This document shows positions 53,872-64,000 of a stretch of DNA of 64,000 nucleotides, in pieces. Below the pieces are notes generated by a model that did no database searches, was not told the DNA's origin, and worked only from the letters and a program-made list of their open reading frames with translations. The position numbers and the translations under genes are program-made. Position 1 is the stretch's first letter. Each line of letters begins with the position of its first letter. Source of the DNA: Sphagnum compactum (Eukaryota); contig OZ234493.1 of assembly GCA_965153455.1 (NCBI GenBank), positions 33,532,213-33,596,212 on the forward strand. The letters run 5' to 3'.

Positions 53872-55603
53872 TTCGTTGGTTTTGGGGTATGGAATTGCTG
53901 ATCACCTCCTTAAGCCTGAAAGTCATGTACTTTAGCTTTAGTATGGTCAATCATTCATGATATTTGAAAATGAAGATCCAAGCTCTAGATGTGTTTTTCC
54001 TTTTTCCTGTGCTAAACTCTTTCCCAAATATCCGAAAACCTTGTTGAACCTGTTTTGTTGCCATGTGGGTTTGTTGAAAACCCAACATAGCTTTTTGGGT
54101 TATGTTGTTTTTTCACAGTTTGTTTTGATTAGTGGTGAGGAATGAGATTTCATTGGGGGTCATTAACCTCAGATGACCGCCCCCAGATATGGCAACCAAT
54201 TTGAATAGGGTCTGCTGTTATCTGCAGACACAGACCAGGATTGCTTTTGGTCTGCTGGTGGGGTATTTGATCCACTACATGTATGAAATTCTTTGGTTTC
54301 TTAAAACAAAATCTAACCATGAAACAAAGTGTCCATCACTTGTATGAGCACTTTGTTACAGATTGATGGATTTCAAAGATGCCTCAAGTTTGATTTTTTT
54401 CCACTTACAAATGGTTTTAGGGTCGCAATGTTCTCCATTGAATTCAATGAACATTGGGTTAAACTAGGGTAAATCAAAATATTTGTGCAATTATGGCACA
54501 TTTCAAAGTGGAGGAGGCCAAAAAAAAAAAGAAAGTTATGCAATTGGTAATGCAAACATTAGCACTTGAAATTTCAAAAATCCTTTTGGAAATATGAAAA
54601 AAAGAATGAAACCAATCAAACATCCTTATAAGAAGATACCTTCAAAGCTTTGTTATGTTATGATGGCAAATGTGGTAGCAAAATTTAAAGGGGTTGTGTA
54701 AGAATATGGTAAGAATTTGGTTCAAGGCAATTAGTGCAATGAACTTAAATCAAATGCCAAAAGAAAATATGTTTAATAGATTAGTTGCCATAATTTGAAC
54801 AAAATTCATCAAAATGACATGCATTGCGAAACATGAAAATGCATATATTATCAAATAATTTTGGCATATACTATCTTTTTACCCACTTCAAAACAATTGC
54901 CCTCCCTTTGATAAGAGTAAACCTCAGGTATATGTATTGGTGGCCGAGGTGAACTAGTATATCTACATTGGTACCTTTCACCTTATTGTGCAAAGCCTCT
55001 TAGGGCTAATAATTAATGGTGGAAATTTGGACTTGGAAAATCTGATTTAGTCTAGGGATTGGATATCAATAATGTTTAGAAGCAAAGGGGAAAATGTTTT
55101 TGCCAGCCTAAAAGAGTTTATATATATATATATATACCTTGTTTTAATCCTGCGAGTAATAGGTATCAGTGATTTTTTTGGGGCAATTTTTTTCCATTTC
55201 GTGAAAAAAAAAAAAGATTTTCAAAAAAGAATATTCTGTCACAAATTCTCTTTTTACAAAGAAAACTTTCTTCAAGGAAAGAAATAAAAATTTCGAAACA
55301 TTTGCCCAAAATCATCACAATTGCTTACAATATGAAAAGGTACTTAAGATTTTTATACTTTCATATTTTGAGTATTGCCAAATTTGGCTAAATATACATA
55401 TGGACTATTCAGCAACATCACAAAATTGAAAAAAAGAAAAGAAAAACACTGGCAGGTATATCATCAGGGTAAAAGACTTACCCACTCAACACTGGCGTGT
55501 TCTGTCACCAGCAAAATGGTTGACCTAATTTAACAATAGTTTCAAGTTAAAATCACAATTACTTTAAAAAGAAAAAAAACAAGAAACTTAAAATGGTTTG
55601 CTA

Positions 55604-55749
55604 ATTTTCAATAAGGTGACCAACCAACCAACCATTGTTTACTGATCCCATTTAAATTAAAAAAGTAATTCAAATGTTGTAAAACCCATTGTTTTCACAT
55701 TTCAAAATTTTTTCAATTAATTTTCCTGGTTGGTCACCTTATTGAAAAT
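55604..55749. mobile_element. Small MITE-like element
   Basis: Perfect 23-bp inverted repeat ATTTTCAATAAGGTGACCAACCA / TGGTTGGTCACCTTATTGAAAAT around an AT-rich core. Confidence 0.6.
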
Positions 55750-56380
55750 TTTAAAATGTTAGCTTTGTTGGGTAATAGAGTTATCCTTAAAGTCAGGCGA
55801 TCAGGGGGCGAGAACGGCCAGTTTCGGCATAATAGGGCATCAAAAGCGTAACTGAGAATGAAAATTTTACAAAAGGAAATAACTGGGACCCACACTAGTT
55901 TTTCCACCAATTTTAGTGGTGAACTGAGTTTCATCCTGTGTTTCCTTTTTCCTGAGCGCCTGCACTGCTGCTACATATATTTTCACTGCTCCCACCTGTA
56001 CAACTACTATAATTAGTACCGACCCTTGTGCATTAATGCATTTCATACCCAGATTTAATAAAATTTCCTTACATACTTTGCTGATACTACTGAAAGAGGG
56101 GTTAGGGGGCGAAAGCAGAGGAGATAGGGGGTGAAACAGAGGGTGACTTTTAGGATAACTCTAATGTGTGTTGCTTGTTTGAACATGAGAAATTGTCATC
56201 ACATATGAGTCCAATTTGTTAGCTCACTTGTTAATCTCTTGATGCCTATCTATAACAGCATATGATATGATCATCCATTCATGGTAATACTTCCCCAATT
56301 TAGCCAACCCAACTAATGAGAATCTGGCCGCTCGGATTGAAACAAGATCACAAGGTGTAACCCATAACCTTTGAAGGTTA

Positions 56381-56838
56381 TAACCTGTGTTGGTCGGTTA
56401 TTGAGTTTTGACTCGGTTATCATCCCGGGTATGCTAACGTATCTTGATTTTTTTTGATATTCGGTTAATAACTTAACTACCTAATATTGCTTTTTCAAAA
56501 ATTAATAACCTACCCAAATGAGTTAGTAATCATCTAGGGAGGCTAATCAATCTTAAAACCCTAAACAGGTTTATGATATAAAACAGAAAAACCCAGAAAT
56601 AAATAAATATAAGACATTAAAAACCATTAACTGAGCAATAACTGACAGTTATCAATAGATTTTTTTGATAACCTACCCTTATGCATAATTGATGATTATT
56701 ACTCAACCAGTATTGATAACTTAATTGGCACCTATTATTTAAATATTATTATTGATAACCTAATTGACACCAATTAAAAAAAAAAAAACCCTACCCAACA
56801 ATTATGGAAAAAAAATTAATAACCGGCCAACACTGGTT
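56381..56838. mobile_element. Non-autonomous DNA transposon (hAT-like TIRs)
   Basis: TIRs AACCTGTGTTGGTCGGTTATT / AATAACCGGCCAACACTGGTT, with multiple subterminal TAACC motifs. Confidence 0.6.
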
Positions 56839-57447
56839 GTAACCCATAACCTCCAACATTCATTTGAGTAGTGACCTAGTAGTTTAGCACGAGATACCAC
56901 AATAGGCTCTCATTGGATGAATGGTTCCATAATGCTTGGCCTTTTGGATGAAACTTTCATACTCTCTCTTTCGCTCTTCGTGGATGAAAAGAGGGCATCT
57001 CAATTTTCAGTAAAAGATCGGTTAATGTCTGACATCTAGCACCCAATTGCTGGTCACCTAGTACCCAAACCATGGTTATGAAAGGGTTAAACTTTTAGGG
57101 GCGAACCCTAGATTCCCCCAGCAAGTCACTAAACCTAAAACAGTCCCCCGAAAAAAGAGGTTCTTGTGAGAAATCTACGGACCAGATGCTCCCCTGAATC
57201 GGACGGTGGCTGTTGAAAACCTAATTCCTTGCGTGAGTTCTTCCTGTCGCCGTCGCCGCCCGTCTGCGAAAACCGTCGCTCTCGTCGCTCGCTCGTGTTT
57301 CTAGCTCTGCTCTCGCGTTTTTGCTGGAACATATTCCTGTGCAGTCATTCGCGTGAAGAGTGGAGGGAGGAGAGCAGCAGAATACAGGAAAACAGAAGAA
57401 ACAGAAGAGAGAGAGACAGAGAGATTCTGTCTCAAGCGACGCACAAA

Positions 57448-58277
57448 ATGGGGCACTCAGCGGTGTGGAACTCGCATCCCAAGAGTTATGGGCCCGGCTC
57501 GCGCACCTGGTATGCATCGCGCGCTCTCTCTCTCTCTCTCTCCGCCGTTCCGTTATCTGTTTCTTTTTAGACCTTTCGTGCGATTGATGATGTCCTTGTT
57601 AGATTCGAAGTTAGAGGAAGTTTCGGTGAGCCGGGAATGCTTGGAAGATCTTAGGTCAAGAGTTTTCTTAGTGTCGGTGGCTCGACGCACACTGCGAAGC
57701 AAGCTTTTTATGGCTGTTATTGTTTTACCGATCCCAAAGCTTCTCTGTACTTTGCGCATCTCTTTCCTCCTTCAGGATTTACTTCTAGTAAGGGTTTTCC
57801 TCAAGAGCTGGATTGTTTTTAGGGCATTGCAATCTGGTCTGAGATGGAATGATTTCGATTTCTATGGATTAAAGGGGAGTATATATGCATATTGTCTGGG
57901 TTTTGGAATGCATTGCAGCCGGGTGTGTGGGAACAGTCATGGTATGATCCGCAAGTACGGGCTCAACACGTGCCGGCAGTGTTTTCGCATCTACTCTAAG
58001 GATATTGGCTTTGTGAAGGTATCCCCACTCACATTCCTTTCTTTCCTTGCATGCCCCTGCACATGTATAGGATGTAGTAGGAAGTCCATGCTTTTCTCTG
58101 AAATGTTTTGGAACCGAAGGTAGAAGAGATGGCAGCAATAGATGTGTCCTTTCCACAGGAGGTGCAATTCTGCTAGTGATTATGTGTAGTCTGAACTGTT
58201 TTTAGTGCAGTGTGTTGATATGTGAACCATGATGAGCTTATTCTTTTACATTGCTGTTTGTGTTTCAGTACCGCTAA
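57448..58277 (+). CDS. RPS29: 40S ribosomal protein S29 (uS14)
   Basis: Exons 57448-57509, 57919-58018, 58269-58277 give 56 aa: [56 protein letters not shown], with the CxxC..CxxC zinc finger. Confidence 0.97.
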
Positions 58278-59630
58278 GGTGCCAATGAAGTAATGTGCTG
58301 CTGCTATTTTGGTGAAGGCAAGACTGGAGCATCTGGAGAACTCCAAAGTGGAAAAAGACATAATAGCAAATGGCATGTGATTTGTGATTCTGATGTTGTA
58401 GGTGTTATGAGATATTTGTGGTTGAAGACATTATTAAATCTTTTTTTTTTAATGTGAAGGGGATTCCCCTTACTTCACAAAGAAACTGTGGGTTGAGTGG
58501 ATTATAACTTTGTGTTCTATTTTTCACCTTCGCTTCTTCAGCTGGTGTAAGTCTTTTGCATAGAATTGAGATTTCATTAGCTATTATCTTCTAGCTGCAT
58601 GCAATTCATCATGATATCAATTGCAGGGATCGCAGGGCTATTGTTGGCAATCAACTCTTTGTGGAAGAGAGTAAAACAGGATCAGTGTCTTGTAAGCCAA
58701 TGGAACATAAGAATGTGAAACCATCAAGAAGAGTGTCTTCAGAAATGTCACAGAAGTATGTTTAATTTCCATCCCCATTTGGTCTAGTTTTCCTCTGTAG
58801 GCAGTTTCTCTTTGTTACATGTCCCTTTTGTATGTCTTTTGTTTTCCCCCCTAGTATATTTCTCCTCGTTTTCTTTGCTGCTAGCTAGCCAGTATAATGA
58901 CTGGGTTTTCGCGTTATTTCCAGACTTGCTGCTGCAACTTAGTTTGTAGAAGGGAAAGTTGTGATAGAGAAGTTCTTATCATACATTTTAACTGTTGAGC
59001 GGCCATTGAATAAGTGGACAGATTTGTCAATGCTTTGAAGATTGGAAGGTAATATATCAACGAGGATTGTTGTACACTATCAGTCAGCTTTTTCTACATA
59101 GATTGTTGCAGGTCCTTAGAAAGTTAATAAATTATATCATTTTCTCAGAACTTTGCACTTTTCTCCATCAATTTACAGTCCACTATTCGTTATTTAATTT
59201 TTGGTTACAATTTTCAAATATTGACACTGGAAACAATTTTCTGAGCTGTTTCTCACAAGAAAAATGTCAATCTGTTCGAGTTGCATTTGTGAAAGTCGAA
59301 TTGAAAAAGGTTGCTGTGGTTTCGGGTTTAGCGGATATGTGTCTTAATGTCCCTTAACGGACGTTTAGTATATAAGGTTTGCAATCCAACAAAACTGACA
59401 AGTTCACTTGCTAGAGAATTCAGATGCTAAAACTGGTGAATTTCAATTCCTAGAGATTCGAATTGAAGCACAATCTGATCTTTGCTTAAAAACTTGATAA
59501 AACTTTGTATACCTTCCTACTTCTCAAGTTCCTCAGTATCCTTTTAAGAGTAACCATTTTCCAGAAACGATCACAACATTGTTGTCAGGGTTTACTTTTC
59601 ATGGAGCTCGGAAGTCAATTTTTATTCAGC

Positions 59631-59717
59631 ATGGCATCAGTTTGTCAGAGGTGAAAAAACAATTGCAACATTTGTGTAATTCAGTGTGTAGAATAAGATT
59701 CAATCATCACTTGCCAT
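59631..59717 (-). ncRNA. Box C/D snoRNA, snoR16-like, double guide
   Basis: 9-bp terminal stem AGCAUGGCA/UGCCAUGCU (59720-59712 / 59636-59628), box C GUGAUGA, D' CUGA (59684-59681) preceded by CUUAUUCUACAC (antisense to 25S GUGUAGAAUAAG), box D CUGA (59640-59637) preceded by UUUCACCUCUGACAA (antisense to 18S UUGUCAGAGGUGAAA). It lies next to U43, as I recall snoR16 does in angiosperm clusters. Confidence 0.88.
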
Positions 59718-59767
59718 GCTAAAGGACCCACAATAAAATGGGACCCAGATACCCAGCAGAGAGCATG

Positions 59768-59868
59768 ATCTTTCAGAGATGTCAACGGCATTAGTGCCGA
59801 GAACTGTGTACAGACATTCAACATGGCATCAGTTCAGTCCGCCCGTCTGCATTTTGTCATCATCAAGT
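59768..59868 (-). ncRNA. U43: Box C/D snoRNA U43 (SNORD43/snR70 homolog)
   Basis: Minus strand: box C AUGAUGA (59863-59857), guide GACGGGCGG, D' CUGA (59837-59834), box D CUGA (59776-59773), short terminal stem. The guide pairs with universal 18S CCGCCCGUC, and the +5 rule gives the C equivalent to yeast Cm1639 / E. coli C1402. Confidence 0.9.
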
Positions 59869-59885
59869 CCGAGCTCTCCAACTTA

Positions 59886-60024
59886 CAATATGACTGCTGA
59901 AATAATGCATGCACATATGCATTCTTCCACATGTCTTCAAGACTCATGTTATCTCGCCAAGTACCTCAACGGAATTTCAATGCCTAATAGCTATCTTACG
60001 ACAATCCGTTATAGTTCCGACAAA
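59886..60024 (-). ncRNA. Candidate box H/ACA snoRNA
   Basis: 5' hairpin UUGUCGG/UUGGCG with inner stem AACGGAUU/AAUUCCGUU and an internal loop, H box AGAUAA (59954-59949), second hairpin (AAUGCAU/AUGCAUU, GAC/GUC) ending in AUA+3 nt. It lies between two other snoRNAs of the cluster. Confidence 0.5.
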
Positions 60025-60181
60025 ACAGTACAAGAAAAATTTCAAGAAGCAACGAAGGCTGTCATGGAAACCACGAGAGAGAGAGAGACCATCGATCGAG
60101 AGTGAACCATTCCAAATCCTTTGACTGGGAGAAACAGATGACTGAAATTGAAGTGTGCTCATCTTAAGGTTTTATTTCGCA

Positions 60182-60346
60182 ATATGTCAACAGCCCATCG
60201 TACCGATCTCGGAGAGCATAAAACCGATACCGGCATAGCGAGGGCTGCATAGAGACGGGCGTTTCCTAGGCGCCCGAATCCAGCACTCTTGCTTCAGGGA
60301 ACGGACCCACTGGTACTGCACGACACAGCGATCAGTTTATGAAGCA
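60182..60346 (-). ncRNA. Box H/ACA snoRNA, E3/SNORA63-like
   Basis: 5' hairpin closed by UGCUUCA/UGAAGCA, H-like AGAGUG, an extra hinge hairpin CGGGCG/CGCCCG, 3' hairpin CAGCCC/GGGCUG with pocket UCGCUAU / ACG, ACA 14 nt below the pocket top and 3 nt from the end. The pocket fits 25S CGU[U]C-AUAGCGA. Confidence 0.78.
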
Positions 60347-60459
60347 TTTCACTGTCCAAAACAACTTGTTGAAGTCTAGCTAAAGCAAAAGAACGAATAG
60401 AAAACAAATCGCAGATTACGAAGACAAAATGATCACAGATATGCAGATGCTGAAGTGAA

Positions 60460-60675
60460 GAGGACTTATAAGCGGCGCAGCTCTGAACTTATATGACGAA
60501 GGGTTTGGGTGAAAGGGGCGGCACCAAACCCTAACCCTAATCCCATCGCCGCAACCCTGGAATTGGCTATACCTGGGATCCGGCCGTTGCGCGAGTTTCA
60601 GCTTGGCGCCCAAAGACGAGTTCGACGTTCGTAAAAATCCGACGAGCCGCGCCACAGTTATTGAAGGTGGGCCAG
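60460..60675 (-). promoter_or_regulatory. Putative Pol II promoter of the snoRNA cluster (TATA + teloboxes + site II)
   Basis: TATA-like elements at 60465-60472 and 60488-60495, overlapping teloboxes AAACCCTAA/AACCCTAA at 60526-60540, site II TGGGCC at 60668-60673. This combination is typical of plant ribosome-biogenesis and snoRNA genes. Confidence 0.6.
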
Positions 60676-61329
60676 AGCTCCGAGAATGTCCATAATTTGG
60701 CTGGTCGCTTTTCCACTCTCTCGTTGGTTTATTTCTGTGTAAAAGCGACTTTGAAGAATGTAATCTGTTCCCTGAAGATTACGACGAATATAATGGCCAG
60801 AGATTTATTTAAGAGATCAGATCAACACAAGGAAGGATAGTTGCAGTTAGACGAGAAGATGCTTAGAGAGAGTTAAAGATTACTCCAATTTAATTTTTCA
60901 TTGCAAATTTTCAATGGGTGCAACTGTTCTGTAAATAAAATAGTGTAATGAAAATTTTACAGAGGCTTCATAGTTGCGGTGTATAACTGGGGTCCAGTCG
61001 AAAGTCCAGTACAAAGTCCAGTCCGAAGTCTGGCGACACCGTCACTATTTTGAACAAGGAAAGTGATTGATTTCTCGAGATAGAAGACGACATGCAAAGA
61101 ATAGGCGTGTAATGGATTAAGAACGACAATGCTTCAAGATGCGTAAAATTTTGTAAGTACGTGTTAAGTACGTGTTCCTTATTTTTCGTGACGATCCATA
61201 GAATGATATACACAATTGAGTACGAGTAAACAACTGCATTCAACGGAAGAGAGCATACAAATATCGGTTGCTGTTTACTAGAGGCTGGGCTTTAGTTGGA
61301 TTCTGCTATGCACACAATCAACTGAATTC

Positions 61330-63730
61330 CAATGTCTACAAACTCAAGAGACACCAGGAGTATCAATATCTGCAGTAACCTTTGAAATTGGAAGTTCTGA
61401 ACACTCAAGCATTTTGAAAAAGTTAATGGATAAAGTTGTGTAGCAGACTAGCTCTGAAGTCATACATGAATCAACTCAATGCCCATAAAATGAAAGATAT
61501 CTCGCACATTGGACAAGGGGATGTAATCATGAATAACCCATATCTCCTGAAGGCGAAGGCTGAGTGTGAATGAGCACCCACAAAAAAATGATGATACCAA
61601 GGAGGTCAAAGGACTACTTGGCCACTGAAATTGTGTCACACAACACTCATACTTCTGTTGTCAAGCTGTCAACTTGCAATTTCCCTTTCACACTTGACAA
61701 TCAAACCAGGTGCGCATCAAATTGCAGAGCAGATACAAGGCTGAGGAGATGATCCAGAAATTTCCAAGAGAGGATACTTTTGAAGCTAGAAAAATAGCCT
61801 ATTTCTCAAGATTGGTTTTGTGAACCTTCAGAGAAACTCTCTTTCTGCCATTTAGACGACAGAATTTGGCATGGTCTAAAACTGCTGTGGTTGTTGATGC
61901 AAGACTGGGTACTAGTCTGAAGCCGGAGTCATTATGTGCACCACACTGACATTGTTTTTAGGGTTTTAACAGAAGCAGAAACCTATCTTTCAATTTTTCA
62001 TGTTCAAAGTGGTGGTGAAACACTGCCTTCTCGAGTTTCTGTTGCCTTTCCAGAAGCAATAGGAAGAATCAGTAGTGATGTTGGGTAGCACTCAAGAGAC
62101 AAACTGTGAAGAAAACAGTGGCACAATAATATCATGACTTGTGACTCAAAATTTACTGGGAGTCAACAAACTCTTACAAGATGTAAGCTTTCTGGGCTAT
62201 CCCCCATTCAAGAGCATGCAAGATGTAAATCACTCAAAGCAGCAAGGAATTTATTCATCATTCTGAATCTTTCTGCACATATGAAATTTCTTCCAAATAT
62301 ATGTAAATCACCAAAATATTGCCAAGCAACCCCACTGTTTACTCCCTTCATCGTACCCTCCACAATCAGTGATGATCATCAACTGCAATCTCTGTTCAAC
62401 GTTTCCAGTTGATTTCAGCAACTCAATTGAGACAAAACTTGAAGCTCCTAGCATGACACGTGTGAACCTAGTAAACAAATGGGAAATCAAATTGAAGAAA
62501 GGAAATGGTAGGTGCATACCTCAGCATGCATATGCTTGCTCACATATGGCAAGGACCCATGTTTATTGGCTTTAGTGACAATTCTCAAGTGGTCTTGATA
62601 AAGTCTGCATCTGGAAACTGTGGTGGAACATTTCTACCTTCAATGCTCCCAGCCTATGAATTGTAACCCCAGCCATCAAACGGCCTGTGACTGTGCTTGT
62701 GGGCATAATGGAAAGTGTAAGTCCTTGCTGCCTATAATGGATCATCAATCACATGCACCTCACAGGATTATGTCTAAGATGCAGAACAAAGTCATTCCAT
62801 GGTAAGATTGCATCAGGAAATGCAAGAACTCTCTAGATTTGAACCTAGATATAACACATATGAAGGAGGAATGAAGCATCATACAAAATTCACGTACAGT
62901 TTGCAGGATGAATGTACACCCAGATACCAGATTGAATGTAGATGCCAGTCTTGTCCATATGAGCCCTGTGCAATGAGCTAGGGTTTGAGCACAATTGGTG
63001 ACTTCAAATGCCTGAGATATCAGTTGCGGACATGTTATCAGTGGCAGTTGCAGTCAGCTGCCTGGATAGAACATCTGTGCATCTTCAGGCACTGATGGTG
63101 TAGCAGACAGCTCTTCCTTCTTGCCTGCTCCAGAATCCCTTCACCTCTTCTTCATCTTGAGGGTCATTGATGCTGTGGTGTACTATTGAAATTTTCCTGG
63201 TGGCCAGAAAAGGCTGAGAATGTGGGTGGAGCAGAGCAGTTTTATTGCTACAAGCACTGGCCCTGTTGATAAACCTCATTCACTATATTGCATGGGTATG
63301 TGAGGGATTCCTCAACCCTGGACACTGGCAATGGACTATATTGCATGGGTGTATGTGAAGGAATTCCTAAACCCTGAACAATCTCAACATCCAGTTGCCA
63401 AGTTCACGAAGTCACATTGGTTGTTTTCACCTTCAATCAATTTGAAGCATTTCAAAACCTGCTAAGAGGTTCCTGATGAACGGCGGTCAGTTGCATTGCC
63501 TTCCATTGCCAAATCCTTTGCGGTTTGTGTCTAAGATTGAAGAGAGAAGCAATGTCTAAACCTTCTCCACAAAGATCACTAGCAAAATCATCTTGGTCAG
63601 TATATCATGGTGGAGAAGATTGGCCATCAAATCCATGGATTAAAATGTTGGCAGAGCTGGCTCACATGTGCCTTTCAAAGACAGCATGAAATGGCCTGCT
63701 ATTGTCACACATCATATAGGTTGAATCTCT
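61330..63730 (+). pseudogene. Probable decayed receptor-like kinase (WAK-like) pseudogene
   Basis: Stop-interrupted, coding-like sequence with Cys-rich EGF-like fragments (CNPSHQTACDCACGHNGKCK; YQIECRCQSC), a juxtamembrane-like VFTFNQFEAF and a kinase C-lobe-like LAELAHMCLS..KWPAI (~63650-63705). No intact kinase core seen; boundaries are approximate. Confidence 0.4.
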
Positions 63731-64000
63731 CTCCCAGTTATGTAGAAAAGAATTACCTTGCACTGTGAACAGAAACAAGGTACTGATCAAGTATGAGGGT
63801 GAGGATTGCAAATCTGAGAATCCAACCATGGATACAGGGGATTGTCATGAAGAGAAATACCATGTATCTTTATAGATGTAATCCCATGGTTGAGGGCATT
63901 CTCTGCCATTGAGGACAATTCTCTTCCAACTGTGGCATGAATCCAAATCCAAAATGACAAACCCTATCTCCTAGTTCTAAACCTGGAATTCAGAAGACAA

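Noticed and set aside
57353-58123. 256-aa ORF
   Set aside because: Chance read-through of RPS29 intron 1 into exon 2; the spliced 56-aa RPS29 explains the locus.
60495-60660. Telomerase RNA (AAACCCTAACCCTAA as template) on the + strand
   Set aside because: No recognisable USE + TATA Pol III promoter or template of the CTAAACCCT type. The motifs are better explained as teloboxes upstream of the minus-strand snoRNA cluster.

Overview
Eukaryotic nuclear DNA from a land plant; the repeat style and gene structures suggest a moss such as Sphagnum (inference). Protein-coding loci: a multi-exon PP2C phosphatase (+, catalytic domain intact but upstream N-terminal exons disrupted), a GEM-like GRAM-domain gene (-), an intronless SIAMESE-RELATED CDK inhibitor (+), a probably GPI-anchored stellacyanin-type phytocyanin (+), ribosomal protein RPS29/uS14 (+), and a probable decayed WAK/RLK-like pseudogene at the right end. 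Most of 10-50 kb is transposon debris: two solo LTRs with perfect 5-bp TSDs nested in an old retroelement, a decayed L1-type LINE, MITEs, dispersed repeats and tandem arrays. Two features are invisible to the ORF track. (1) A putative polycistronic snoRNA cluster on the minus strand (about 59.5-60.35 kb), with a telobox/site II/TATA promoter and convergent with RPS29. It holds an E3/SNORA63-like H/ACA RNA, a second H/ACA candidate, U43/snR70, and a snoR16-like C/D RNA with an unexpected 15-nt guide against 18S rRNA. (2) A short mitochondrial-type insertion (about 25.9-26.25 kb) with a group II intron domain V, a degenerate tRNA-Ser 3' exon and a decayed trnA(UGC). All gene models were read by eye and rRNA target sequences were recalled, not searched.
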